A stretch of DNA of 63,744 bases, filler included, from Choristocarpus tenellus KU-1152 (Eukaryota > Protista > Phaeophyceae), in NCBI GenBank assembly GCA_964200185.2. It is 15 parts of 15 records of this genome, joined end to end, with 100 filler letters (N's around TTAATTAATTAA, not from the genome) between each part and the next. Parts side by side here need not be neighbours in the genome. Positions count along the whole stretch, not along the records: positions 1 to 2,500 come from CAXNAD020027304.1; positions 2,601 to 7,206 come from CAXNAD020013815.1; positions 7,307 to 10,087 come from CAXNAD020024811.1; positions 10,188 to 13,082 come from CAXNAD020023834.1; 11 more parts are not named here. One strand, 5' to 3'. A program made the position numbers and the translations under genes. A model generated the notes under the pieces. It saw nothing but the letters and a program-made list of their open reading frames with translations, made no database searches and had not been told where the DNA came from. The first letter of the stretch is position 1; each line of letters opens with the position of its first letter. Below, in pieces: positions 1 to 12,375 of this stretch.

Positions 1-2
1 CG

Positions 3-1520
3 CTCTATGAAGGACACTCCAAGGAGGAGGGGGGGGGTGATGGGGGAGGAGGGGAGGGGGGAGACGCGGGTGGGGGTGCAATGGGTGTTGATGAGGTGGT
101 GAGGCTCCGTGCCCAGGTAAAAACTGTGTGTTTTTCATTGCTACATCACTGTTTTATGTTTGTTTGCCTGATGTAGCCTGGCTCGCATATTTGAGGTGAT
201 GAGTTGTATGAATTTTTGGTAGGAGAGCTGTGTTTCACTATTTGATTTTTGATTGATGAGGAGTAGATTTTGGGGGAGATCATTCAGGCATATTCCTGAT
301 TACACCTTTGAAAAAATCACCGGTGCAAATTGGGATCCTGCAGTGGATTAGGGTGAACTAAATCTGATTAGGGTGAACTAAATCTGCATTGTTTTTTTTC
401 TGTGGTAGTGTTGATGTGAGATGTTTCATCTTATGCAAGGGCACCCCCCTTGCTATGAGCTGTTGGGTTTTAATTTGTTTGAGGGATAGATGAGAGGAGA
501 GAGGGTCCGAGGGTGGGGGAAGCAATTGTTCCCTTTTTTTTTTTAACATTTAGATCAGTTTCACTGGGGCTGTGTTCAGAGCACATTGCAGGTGAAGCAG
601 GTGCTACATTGAAACAATGCAGTAGATGGTTGCTCTCTGTGCATTCGGTTCTAGGGTGAACACATGAGCAAGCATCAAAACATGCCTCTAACTTTCAGGC
701 ACATGTGAACCAAGATGTCTACCCAACCCCAATAGGAGCAGGGAATTTAGAAAATATGTTTTGTTTCATGGGCGATTCTTGAGATTTAGACTGTTGTCTT
801 CAAGAAGAAGAACAGTTACAGAAGAGTCTTGTGGCATTGGCAGGGGGTCCCTCCTTGGGCAGGATATTTATTGTCATGGATATCATAGTATAGAGTTCAC
901 TGCCCATACCTACTAGGTAGCGCTTTTATGTTGTGTGTGGGAGGTTGACTTTCTTGTGAGTCAAAAGGAAACCATGTTTCATGTCGCATGAAGTTACTGT
1001 GTGTGCATTGCTGTGTATGTGCTATTGGTGAGTGTACATTTTATTGGGGCATGCCTTTGGGTTCAGCTGGTGCTCCCCAATAGGTTTCGAGAAGATGGTG
1101 TGCATGGAAAATAACTACTTTGGACTTGTCTATTGCCTCTAGGTAACTGCTATGTGTATGCATACTCTCTATGTTGAAGGATCCTCTTTGACTCATTTTT
1201 TGTTTCTGAGTAGCACCTTTCACTCAAACCTCGCCAGGTTAGGCACCACCCCGGAGCACACACAATGTGTGGAATATGCCCCAAATCCCTCCCCTTCAGT
1301 TTCCCCGACACCGTGAGTTCTATATGTTACCAAGCCCTACCCTCCCCCCCCCTCCCTTGCCCCACCTACCTGCCTCTCACTTGTGTCTGGGTTTACTGTA
1401 TATTTTTTTTTGTAGGTGGATATTCTCAACAGCACATATGAGGAGTGGGAGAACCGTCTTCGAGCAACAATAGAGCAAAGCACAGAGGAAAAAGTCAACT
1501 ACATGAACATGGAGCATCAG
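3..1520 (+). CDS. Partial spliced gene, possibly coiled-coil, unknown function (exons 3..116, 1416..1520)
   Basis: CAG|GTAA donor at 116, polypyrimidine-TAG acceptor at 1415, CAG|GTAT donor at 1520. Phase-0 join reads ...DEVVRLRAQ/VDILNSTYEEWENRLRATIEQSTEEKVNYMNMEHQ. Confidence 0.6.
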
Positions 1521-1567
1521 GTATTGTGATGGTACTGGACATACTTGTTACGTTTTTTGCTGCGAGT

Positions 1568-1624
1568 GATTGCTACAAGCTTATGATTGCTACAAGCTTA
1601 TGATTGCTACAAACTTATGATTGT
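1568..1624. repeat. 17-bp tandem repeat x3 (GATTGCTACAAGCTTAT)
   Basis: Directly visible. A 20-bp duplication (GATTAGGGTGAACTAAATCT x2) also lies at about 346-385. Confidence 0.85.
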
Positions 1625-2460
1625 GGTTTCCCCTGTCTCCCCATCACCATCAAAAGTCTTTAAAAAGACTGAAAATGTGTTAAAATGTGTTAAAATGTGT
1701 TCAGGAATGGTTAAGTGGTTGTACGTGTATTGTGACACCCGAATATTTTTTATTTTTTTGGGAAGCCCTCATAGAAGTTACAGGTACCTAAGCCTTTTTG
1801 GTATTGTTGATATAGCATTAGAATATAGTGTTAATGCTACATAGAAGAATAGGGATCAATGGTTGGTTGCAATATTACTTTTGTTGAGGGTATGGATACA
1901 CAAGTTGTGGGGTAGAGTGTTTTTAGTCAAGAGTGCTACAGAAGTAAAGGAGGGGAAAGCTAGAGAGCAACCAAGTTTAGTGGATGTGGTAGTGGTTAGT
2001 GTTGTCTGGCAGTGAGGTAGGGCATTGATAGGTATCCAATACATTTTCACGGTGGAATCCTTATTCACATCATGCAATGAAAGATGTTGAATAGCAGCTT
2101 TCTTTTTTTCAGTAGTGACATTGTTTTTGTTAGCCCCTGCACTACAGTTGGCATTAGTTATACATACCCTTTGTGTTCCTTCTGTGGCACTATAGCAGAG
2201 GTGAGGGGGGTCACAGCATTGTTGATTTCTAGCCCTTACCCTTTAACCCTGCCTTGTGTAATGCTACACTTACTGTGCAGAAAATGGGCAGCTGTTGACA
2301 TCCAGGGACGAGGATCACTACCAAATGAATCCCCCCCCCCAACTCTCACCGTTGTAATATTTTTTTGACCTCTGAACTATTTGCACTATTTTTTATTCTC
2401 TCAAGTGTCATTTTGTTGGTGGTGTACCCTCCCCCCCCCCCCCCCCCCCCCCCCCCCTCC

Positions 2461-2500
<40 letters not shown>

Positions 2501-2600
2501 NNNNNNNNNNNNNNNNNNNNNNNNNNNNNNNNNNNNNNNNNNNNTTAATTAATTAANNNNNNNNNNNNNNNNNNNNNNNNNNNNNNNNNNNNNNNNNNNN
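2501..2600. other. Artificial contig-joining linker (first of 14)
   Basis: N44-TTAATTAATTAA-N44, which puts stops in all six frames. Identical linkers start at 2501, 7207, 10088, 13083, 16172, 21731, 24993, 29723, 32779, 40271, 43710, 46467, 49557 and 57127. Confidence 0.98.
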
Positions 2601-4560
2601 ATGAGTGGGTGAATGATGCCCTTACCCCTTTCCGCATCAAGATTCTTGAGCAACTACTGTCTGACTCTCTTAGGACCCACAGTGATCTCCTAAGCGACTC
2701 ATCTACAGTGGAAGTCCCGAGCGTCACCGGACATCTCCTTCAGGTTCCTCGGGAAGACATGAGAGCGACTGAGTGGGTTCGTATCCTGGCGAGAGAATGC
2801 ACCCTCCCTTTCGTATAGTCGGTCGAAGAATGCTGTAACGAACGCAATGAGTTCTTTGAGGACTGAGAGAGGGGAATTGTGGGAAGCTGCGGCCAACAGG
2901 CTTGTCTTACATTATCGAGCATACACCGTAGATTCGCGGATGCCTCATGTTTGCAACTTTCTTTTGGAGGTATATAGCTGAAGATCAACTTATTCATCTT
3001 TGCAAACGAGCTCTTCCTATCCTTCTTCCCAAATGTTCTAGATCAGATTGGAGTACAGTCGATGACATTTTCATTTCGAAAGGAGATTCGGAACCAAATT
3101 CGCCCACTGGCAATTTCCCAGGATAATCCTTTAGGAGATGAAATGGTACAGCGGGGAATTAAAGCAGAACGGATCTTTGATGATCTAATCGAAGAATTGT
3201 CCAATCGTAGCGACCAGTACGCATTTTTCCCAACCAATCAAAATGCTACAAAACCTGGGTCGCCTAAAGATAGACCTGCTGCTTTAGGTAACATGGCTAA
3301 CGCTCGTGCTATGTTTGCAAGCATGTCCGATCCTTTGTCTGCCCCAGTTGACACCCCGATAGGCAGACAGGAACTGGAACCACCTCAACATAGCAAGACA
3401 TCCTTGCCGCATGAGGTTCCAAGCCGGAATCCACCACCACACCAAGAGGTGTTCAACAGTGTGCTGGCGGCCCTCGCACTGATGCTCCAACCTGTTTTGT
3501 CCCAAACCCCCCTGCCCATTGTCTGTGCTGCGTTGACAAACCAACCTGCTTCTGCTCTTGGGAAACATGGGACCACGTTCGTTTCGAAGAGCAATGTATC
3601 CGCGCCCGTTCAACTGGCAACACCCGCCACCCAGTCTGTGCCCCGATCCACGTCCTCTATAACCACAGACAGAGTGAGTGATGCAGGCCGACACCATTCG
3701 GGTAGTGATTTACCTTCACTATCTGCTTCCCAAGATGAGGTTGTCAAGTGGCTCAAGGCACATCGAGTTTGTTTCCATCATGCTTTTGGTCGCGAATGCT
3801 TCAAGTCTATTGGTCGCAGGTGCAGGTATACTCACGACGACTCTGTAGTACCTAGAGGTTACTTTGCACATCTGTCCCATGATAAGCCAAGTACTACCTC
3901 AACGAACGAGTCGCGTACGATGGTAGCCTTGACAGACTCCCACTTGCACTAACTTGCCACGATGCAGGACTTTGAGTTTCCGCCACCATTTACAAGCAGC
4001 CCGACCGATTCCGAAGTTCCTGAGTTGCCCTGAGGGTGCGCCTTGGAGTCTTCAGCTCCAGGGAACTTAGACACTGTTTTCATAGGAAGCATGACCCTCA
4101 CACTTACCTCGACAATATCCACAATGTCAACTGCCCAACGAAGTAGTCAAGTATGGCTATATCTGCACTGCTGTGGCACCCTCGTAAGGTCCGCTCGAGA
4201 ATGCCTGTAGAGATACTCCTTCATACAGGTGCAGGAGGTGGGAACTACATTTTGTCTGCTTTTTGGCGCAAGTACTACTCTCTGGGGAGGCAGCAACGGC
4301 CTACCACACCTTAACCAAACCGGTAAAGGAACGTTGCATGCGGCAAACCCGAAAGGATGCAGCATCCTACCTATGCAGGTGCTAGGATCCTGCATACTGC
4401 AAATATCGTTTCCCCCAGAGGATAGAGTCCGCAATGTGACATTTAGAGTGGTGGAAGGCTTACCTAACGGGATGGTTCTGGGAGCAGCATTCTGTAGGCA
4501 GAACAAGAGCATAATGTCCTTTAGAGAGGGGGAAGGCTTTCGACCAGCTCCAAACAATAT
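2601..4560 (+). mobile_element. Decayed retroelement gag (CCCH finger) plus retropepsin-like protease relic
   Basis: Intronless ORF 3062..3952 has C-x8-C-x7-C-x3-H (CFHHAFGRECFKSIGRRCRYTH) near its end. At 4201 the frame reads MPVEILLHTGAGGGNYI, i.e. the DTGA motif with D>H. After a frameshift comes FRVVEGLPNGMVLGAAFC, a retropepsin C-terminal ILG-type motif. Stops lie upstream. Confidence 0.6.
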
Positions 4561-5119
4561 GAAGTTATTCTCAAGTTAATTGTTTGTATGACTGCATCTC
4601 AGAGACCAAGGGTGGGTGGGAAGAACCACGATTGGAATCTGAATGGTCAAGTTTTCAGAAGCCGTAAGATAACTGAAATACTCACCATGGATACCGTGTA
4701 CACACAAAAAAAATCTGCAAATTAGCAAAAATGCAGCATAAGAAGTGTTTTTCGTGATAATCAAAGGTTTAAAATTAAAAGACAATGGAAAAGGCTACAT
4801 ATAACAATAATGTCACAAAATTGGTTCACATCATTTTTTATAAGATTTATGGGTTAATATTGTTTGGTAAGAATAAATGTTCAACCTACTATGTTGTAGA
4901 TTTAGTTGTATGCATCTTTAGTGGCTACGTATGTGCTGGATGGGATGTTGTTTGATATTTCCAACGGGAGACCTTTCACGTTGAAATATGGACAACGCCG
5001 AAATGCACTTACGCCAGAAGCGTCGCGCTTCTTGTGCTCCCCCCAGACGCCGAGTAGAAGATCCTCTAGCTCGTTTGTATCTGGTAGAGAAAAAAGTTGG
5101 ACGAAGGGGGAGTGTGAGT

Positions 5120-6180
5120 GGTCAGTCGTTCATGTCCAATCCATATAGAGCTGTGCGACGAAAACAATGCAAGGTTTTGTAAAGGATGGTTTTGAACAAT
5201 TTGTGGAAAATAATAATGTACGGTTCACCTTCGTCCGCGCATATCTGCGCGAGTGTGGCAACGGAGTTGTAGAGCTGCATCGCCGTATCTTCTTTCACGT
5301 TCATTAACCCACTTTCTATGTTTGTGTCCTCCCAGGCTTCCTTGAGGAATGCCTTTATTTTAGCTGCGACTCTCCTTCTTACAGCGATGTGGAACGCAGT
5401 GGCGTCGTGCCCGAAGTCTATATCTTCCAGGTAATATTGATTGCACTGGTTGACCAACGCTCACCTCCATGTATGCCATTCACTATCGTCGCTGGTTTGT
5501 GGTACTTAGGGGTGGGACTTGTCGCAAGTGTATTCCCGTCTATACTCCGTCATCGCTCTAACCCAGCATATCATCCTCTTGAAAATATCCAAAACATTGG
5601 GCACATAGGATCTACTCGCCACAACACCCTCCCCGATCGATATGGATTCGGCCTTCTCGCGATTGCATTGCGGAAAAATCTTCCACACAAAGCTCCTCTG
5701 TCGATTGATTCTTCTGGAAGGTCGCTCCGACATCTGATGCCCAATGTCTTGTCGCGTGAGCGGAGACCCGCATGCTGCAAGGAAGATTACTTCCCTGGGC
5801 AATGCACGCCACGGTCCTTAACAGCATAATCCTATGCTGCCCGTTCAGACAAAATAAAGCATTAGAGGTGTCGGTGGGAGCCCTCTCCTTGCCGTCCTCG
5901 TCTACTCATATGCAGCCCTGTCCAATGTATCACGAGAATAATTCATCGTCAGCTATATTAAGTGGAACCTGTGACGCATGCACTGAGGTCTTGAAGTCCT
6001 TGAGAGTCTTCCAACGTGAGCACAAAGAGAAGGGCTGTCCACTCAAGATGGCGGTGAGCTTCTCGACCGCGTCTTCTGCGCCTGTGCCCAGTTTATTGAA
6101 CATACTCTCGACCCCCTCCCCTTGTCGAGGAGGTTCGCATTAAACTCTTGGGACACGAATGTCAATGTGGCAAGGTCCAT
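5120..6180 (-). pseudogene. Decayed ORF with ParB-like (D/N)GQHR motif
   Basis: Minus-strand frames with stops and frameshifts read ...ALFCLNGQHRIMLL (NGQHR at 5831..5845), then PREVIFLAACGSPLTRQDIGHQMSE...RSFVWKIF, then the helical fragment 5122..5457. Confidence 0.4.
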
Positions 6181-6577
6181 GTTATGCGTCGCATTGAGGC
6201 TTGTTATTATCACCGCTGTGGTCCACTTCTGGTTGGACTTCTTATTACTCCCAGTCGTTGCTCTGTGGCATGATAGGGGGGTGGGGTGCAAGCAGTAGTA
6301 GCGATCAACATGAACGAGACGCATGCAGAAGCGAATACATGTCATTAGTGATGGAGGAGAGGGCTTGCCAGTGGGGACAAGGCGGGGAGTGTCGCAACAA
6401 TAGTAGGGACAGTACATGTGATTTGTGGTTTCAAGATCGATAGCGTCTGCAATGTCTGTTTGCACACGTGAATATTGTCCAACCAATGTCGTTCAAACGA
6501 GACTTTTATTTCAAATGGAGAGGGTAAATTTTTCGCTCTCGATACTGCGAGTTGTCAACACTTGTGGAACCGCAAAA

Positions 6578-7010
6578 GGTAGCAATTTTGAACGCATGGA
6601 CAAAACATTAATAACCCAACTTTATATAGTTTGTTTCAAGGGCAATAGGTAGCAATTTCAAACACGTGCGGAACACATTAATAACACACAATTTGATATC
6701 TTATGTCGGATGGCAGAAGATAGCAATTTCTAACGCTTGGGGAAAGTATGAATTGTCCATCTTGATATATTTTCTTTCAAGAGCAATAGGTAGCAATTTT
6801 AAGCGCATGGAAAAAACATCAATAAACCAGCTTGATATCTTTTCTTTCAAGGCATGGGGAAAACATTCATAACACAACTTGATATCTTCTGTCAGATGAC
6901 AGAAGATAGCAATTTCTGAACGCATAGACAAACATGAATAACCCAACTTTATATCTTTTCTTTCAAGGCAATAGGTAACAATTTCAAACGCATGTGGAAA
7001 ACATTAATGG
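6578..7010. repeat. Degenerate ~70-bp tandem repeat with two unit types
   Basis: TAGCAATTT-like anchor at 6580, 6650, 6721, 6791, 6907 and 6976. Units end either in TTTCAAG(G)CAATAGG or in TGTC(A/G)GATG(A/G)CAGAAGA. Confidence 0.85.
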
Positions 7011-7129
7011 TCATTGTCCTCTTCATAAGTGATGGTGGGTGAGGCAGTGGCGGCGGGATGCAGCGGGCACTGGACCAGAACTTTATGAGCCTTGGGTGCA
7101 ACATAGCTCTGGATGCCCATGAAGTAGAG

Positions 7130-7206
7130 GAGCCAAAGTATCTTAGAGGGTAGAGCCGCGTCCATTTGGGGGGTAAAATCCAATGTTGCAATTTCGATGT
7201 GATTTT
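7130..7206 (+). mobile_element. MITE family A, truncated by contig end
   Basis: GAGCCAAAGTATCTTAGAGGGTAGAGCC start matches the full-length copies. Confidence 0.85.
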
Positions 7207-7785
7207 NNNNNNNNNNNNNNNNNNNNNNNNNNNNNNNNNNNNNNNNNNNNTTAATTAATTAANNNNNNNNNNNNNNNNNNNNNNNNNNNNNNNNNNNNNN
7301 NNNNNNCCCTCACAAACCACCCCCCTCCCCCAGATACTTTGAGTCTTTGCCTCTTCCTCGCAAGAAGTATTAACGAAGACAGAGAGCCGTTGCCCTTGCG
7401 CTCCTGTCCGGTGTAGATGGGTATTACTTTTGTATTACATGCCAACATAGGATGTGTTGGATTTGGTGTAAAATAACATAGAAGTGGAGAAGCAAGATAT
7501 GCAGACAAATGCTCTGATGCATGTATATGGAAGTATAAATATAAAAAGGGGTGATGCGTACATTTTTGTTTTGTTTTGTTTCGAGGCTAGGTTACACTAC
7601 AGTTTTGCCAGCTGCTCTTCTCGTGCTATTTTGTTGTGGGAAAATCAAAAATCAATCAATCAATCGCAGTGCATGGCCATAAACCTTCCAGAGTGGCAAC
7701 AAGCGTGAACTGCAAGCCTCAAGGCAGTATCTGTCCATGTAAAAACACCCTGTGGCTATCGCCTTCACGGTGCGTGCCTAATTAC

Positions 7786-9988
7786 CTGGAGAAGACCTGA
7801 TCGATCTTGATGTCCGTGTGCCCCACCATCATAAAATGTATCTCGACCACACGAATGACACTCGTCGCGACCAACAGCCCCACATATCCGAGAAAGAAAC
7901 TGTTCTTGTTCTCTGAGACGCATTGTCGATCTGGGTAGTTTGGGGAGTGGGAAGCGAGGGAGGGATATGCGTGAGGCCGATATGCCAGCCCGTTTTACCA
8001 CGTTTCGTGGAGAAACAGGGCGTGTTTCCAGTAGTGCTAGAGCGCAAGCTCTACATCACCGCCATCATACGTGTAAGTTGCAACCCATAAACCAACACTA
8101 ATACCACGCAGTTAGTTACTTGGTGGCCGCTATTAGGTCGTCTCAAGATTAAACCCCCTTACCCGCCAATGCGTGTACTGGATGATGCAGCCCCCCGCAT
8201 GATTGAGGTTGTTGTGGTACTTGTCGATAAGCCTTGTGAGGGCAAGGTGGGTGGCTGTGCAGACAAGGTTACAACCTGCGCGAACGATGATGTCAGTCGT
8301 TAGTTCGCGAATAGTACTCTGCTTACTTATGCATTGTTTACTTGGAGCTAAAAAGAGGGGTGATGCAATATATTTTTGCGATGTATAGCGCATACACCCA
8401 ACCTGCTGATATAGATGTCTGACGGTTTCCCTCCTCCTTGATTAGCTCTTACGCTCCCCTCGCCCTTCCGAAGCTGAGGCTTACGAGGGCAGGGGAGCAC
8501 AGCGCATCATCAGTTAATCGACTATTCAGCAGGCCTACGGTATCTGTACTCAAATTGTGCAAGGATGTACTCGTCCCCGGGTATTTAACCTGCGGCGGGT
8601 CCCCTCACCGTGACAGTCAATCAAGTGGTGCGTGCGCAACCAGTATCTATTCGGTCGTGTGATTGTTGTACCACAACCCACAATACGTACCTCCTCCAAG
8701 ATTTTGAGGAGTGAAGAACACCTCTGCGAACTGGCCTTCGACGTGTGCGGCCATGATCTTCTGGCGCTCGGAATAGCCCCTGATAATAAGGACATGAACC
8801 AAAGAAAGGGGTAAAGAAAGGTGTTACGGGGCGTCATCATCACGATGAATGGAATAGGTAGTGGAATTATGTACGTCTGTTTTGGCGGTTATTTCTTGGG
8901 ACTTTGCACTCACTCGTTGAATAAAACAGGGTGGTCTATTCTCTTCTGCGCGCGACTGCAAACTTATTGACAAATGGACTATGCGTGCGTGTGGTTACCT
9001 GTCACTGCCGTGGGTAGTTGGGTAGAGTGCTGGGAGGGCGTGGGATGTCTGGTTCGCCGCGTCTACAGACATGAACACGAAGCCGAGAGGTTTACCGTCG
9101 GCTTTGGCCCGCATGGCACTGCTGGTGTTGTTGGCGATGACCAGCCGATCCACTTGGATCATCTGGCGAACGGGGGAGAGCAACATCACGTCTAAAAATC
9201 AAATAAATCTGCTTAGAGGTGTAAAAAAATGGCCACTTGTTAACACGTACCAGGTACGTGACAAATATCGATTGAGCCAAAGTATCTTAGAGGGTAGAGC
9301 CGTGTCCATTTGGGGGCCAAGATCCAATATTGCGATTTCGATGCAGTTTTGGCTATCGTGTTTGTTAGGAAGTGTCAATATCCATGTTCTGGACACAACT
9401 TTTTATAACATACACACTTTACCTATTCCTAAATATTTTGGAGTAGGAAAATGTCATAAAATAACCCATGGGAAGTCAAGCCCCAAATGGACAAACAGGG
9501 CAAAACTCGTACCCTCCAAGATACTTTCACTCAGTGTAGGTTACAATAAAGGTTCTTCTTTGCTCCTATTTTTACTGCTGCATTCAAGGCAAAGACAGTA
9601 TTATCGGCACAGGAGCAAGTACGTACTTACGAGGTCGGAAGACCGCAACATGACATGTCCCTCCCACAGCCCGTTGTAGACGACCATCACACAAGGTGTT
9701 TGGGCAACTAATAACAACAGTTTGGCGCTGAGTGAGACTGCTGCTGCTGCCATAAGCACCTGCATCGGAGTCTTCATTCGCAAAAGCCAACAGATGTGAA
9801 CCCAATGGAGGGCAATGACGGCGACATGTTGCTACTGTACGATTATCGCAAAATTAACGCTGGACACCTACCCTTCGATGGTCTGACAGCTCCTTGTCGA
9901 TGGACTCGATGATGGTGGAGTCGTTCGTGGGTTTTACACCAGGTGCACCGTGCCGCTTCTCTTTTAACGTGACACATATGTCACATTT
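7786..9988 (-). pseudogene. Intron-containing Sola-type DDD transposase, inactivated (exons ~9988..9872, 9162..8999, 8779..8691, 8275..8163, 7930..7786)
   Basis: Phase-compatible GT-AG exons give ELSDHRR/MIQVDR...FMSVDAANQTSHALP...KIMAAHVEG...GGGCNLVCTA...THWR/IDN(-1 frameshift)CVSENKN...HFMMVGHTDIKIDQVFSR. These match the DGMDQ, DNCxxENKN and GHTHxDIDQxFS motifs of Sola-type transposases. There is a 1-bp deletion in DNC and two MITE insertions. Confidence 0.8.
9274..9532 (+). mobile_element. MITE family A, full length (~260 bp), in a transposase intron
   Basis: TIRs GAGCCAAAGTATCTTAGAGGGTA ... TACCCTCCAAGATACTTTCACTC. Interior matches the copies at 13705, 16495 and 40757. Confidence 0.9.
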
Positions 9989-10087
9989 GAGCGAAAGTAT
10001 CTTAGAGGGTACGAGTTTTGCCCTGTTTGTCCGTTTGGAGCTTGGCTCCTTATGGATCCTTTTATGGCGTTTTCCTACTCCAAAATG
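9989..10087 (-). mobile_element. MITE family A, truncated by contig end
   Basis: GAGCGAAAGTATCTTAGAGGGTACGAGTTTTGCCCTG is the reverse complement of the family A right end. Confidence 0.85.
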
Positions 10088-11000
10088 NNNNNNNNNNNNN
10101 NNNNNNNNNNNNNNNNNNNNNNNNNNNNNNNTTAATTAATTAANNNNNNNNNNNNNNNNNNNNNNNNNNNNNNNNNNNNNNNNNNNNCGGTACCACAGTA
10201 TAACGGTATATGGCATACGAGCAATACGGTATAATAACATACAAACATGCTTTCCACATCATTTCCTATCAATTTGATTGATTTGATGGATTGATTCTCG
10301 CATCCATAACCAAGCGGATCACAAACTGTTCTCTTTAGAATTTTGGAAGCAATGATTCATTATTTTATTCCACCTATTTGATTGATTTGATGTCCTGATT
10401 CTCACACATAAGTTGAAAGTGTGTTGGATGTGGTGAAAACAAGTATAGGGAGAAATGTACAGAAAATAGTTTGTGAAGGAGAAGAAGCGGGGTACAGAAT
10501 TTTCCAAACCCATACCACAACCTATGACAAAAAATTGAAGGTGTGGTCAAGAATTGTTTTCCAGAGAAGAAATTAATACGCTTCAATAAACCATATCATT
10601 CGCGCAAGACCAAGTTCTTCCCATTAATTTTTAACACCTTCTATCCCCTACTTCGACCTTTGTAGGAAGCGCAGTTCGTTGAAGTGGTGGAGTATATGTC
10701 CTTCAAAACAAGTGGAACTGTACTATCATGACTTCACATACAAACTGAATTATTCAAAGAGACGTACTTGTGCCTTCACGATGGAGACGAAATCACACTC
10801 ACATCAATCGTCGCGAACCAAATCAAGACCGAACACTTCGCATCCTACCCACTCTAGGAATCATCTAGAAGGTGAATAGACCCTACTACGTTGTGAGTAA
10901 ACATAACCACTTAACTGAATCTCACTACTCCCGTTGTCTCTTTTCTGTCGAAGGCCTTGCGACAAGCCTTGCGAGTCGTGGACCCCGAATAAAACATGAT

Positions 11001-11837
11001 ATGTTTTCACCCTGCGGCTGCTTGTACGTGATCCTGGTGATTGGATTCACCCACGTGTTGGCTAGGAACTTCTTATCAAGATGGGTGCCCCCTATTACCA
11101 CTGCAGCATCCATCATTAGGGGGTTGAAATCAGATGGTTCAGGTGGGAGCGAAGAAGCGAAGGGAGGAGAATGGATCTGGGACAACGCAGGTGGAGAATT
11201 TGGATTGAGTGCGGATTGGGTGAGGGCTGTGTCAAATTCAGATGAGCAGAAGGTGCTTACTCCCTGGTGCACTACTCCCTCAAACCAGAACATCACGCAA
11301 GCCATCCTGCAAGGACGAAGAGAGGCCAAGCAAAACGATAAGGTGAGTATGGCTACGGAATGGAGGTCTGCGATTCGTTTATGGCTGTATATGTTGAAGA
11401 TGTATTTACGTGTTGACCAGTTATTGACTTTATCGCCAATTTCTCCTTCACCACACACTCAAGGTAACGTTCTAGAAGGAGCGAGTAGGGACTCCCAGAT
11501 GTTAAATTGGGATGGGTGGACCTCAAAGGAGATCCTTGCACCCTAAACCAGTCATGGAGGGTACCTTCAGCCTCTATCTACCTTAATGTAGCAAATTGCA
11601 GAAACATAAGCAACATTGCAACATCGGTTGTATACCCGAGAATACTCGCTCACCCTCTTGTTCCTTCGGGTTCGCATTGCAATGTTTTGTGATCTGTTGG
11701 TGTCATGCCAGGTGGCCACATGCTTACGGACAAAAGATTATGGTCGCTATCTCCCGGAGTGGGTGGCTTACCACTGGGTTGTGGGTATTAACCGAATCCA
11801 CGTCTATGATGACGATAGCATAGATGGGACAGAGAAG
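11001..11837 (+). CDS. Partial GT92/GT2-like glycosyltransferase with N-terminal signal/anchor
   Basis: Exon 11001..11342 has a hydrophobic N-terminus and an AAG|GTGAGT donor. The middle exon (about 11489..11560) is tentative. Exon 11712..11837 reads VATCLRTKDYGRYLPEWVAYHWVVGINRIHVYDDDSIDGTEK, the EWxxYH...YDxxSxDGT motif. Confidence 0.8.
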
Positions 11838-12196
11838 GTGTGTGCCGCGTAAGCACCTATCTATTGCCGGAAATGATCCTCATGTCATACATGCTAATCT
11901 CCCAAGAATGCTCCTATGCTTCGTTGATGTCATTCCCTGCCATTACAACCCCTCTACCCACTATGAGTATTTGTGTGAAGGATTGGATTTCCAACTGTTA
12001 GGTACCCAAGCCTAACCAGTTGTAACTGCATTGGAGTTTGGGTATGAAATAACGACAGTGGCAGTGGTGGTAATGAGGGATGAGATTGGTTGTTGGATGA
12101 GGGATGACAGTAGTAGCTCTTGGACATGCATAGGGAAGGGCTTCATAATTCGGAGGAATTTAGAGGAGGGCATTGTCGCGTAGATTGATGGGTGGG

Positions 12197-12375
12197 GACT
12201 CAAAGTATCTGTGGAGGGTGGCGACTGTCCACTTCCGCTCGATTTTCTTATGTCGCGATTTTTGTGTGATTTGGTTGCATACATCGGATGGATAATGTAA
12301 GTGTAGTTTTCCTGGTTATGGTCCAAATGGACACCCTCGTGTAGATCCCCCCCCCCCTCCCAGATACTTTGATTC
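12197..12375 (+). mobile_element. MITE family B, full length (~180 bp)
   Basis: TIRs GACTCAAAGTATCTG ... CAGATACTTTGATTC, flanked by GGG on both sides. Interior recurs at 13183, 21831, 40371 and 49385. Confidence 0.85.

Noticed and set aside
6578-7010. CRISPR-like repeat-spacer array
   Set aside because: Whole units are homologous, with no unique spacers. The context is eukaryotic and there are no cas genes.
9071-9679. 202-aa ORF and similar ORFs at 13793, 16382, 16611 and 34245 sharing peptides such as SILEG and WTNRAKLVPSKIL
   Set aside because: Chance read-through of non-coding MITE-A copies.
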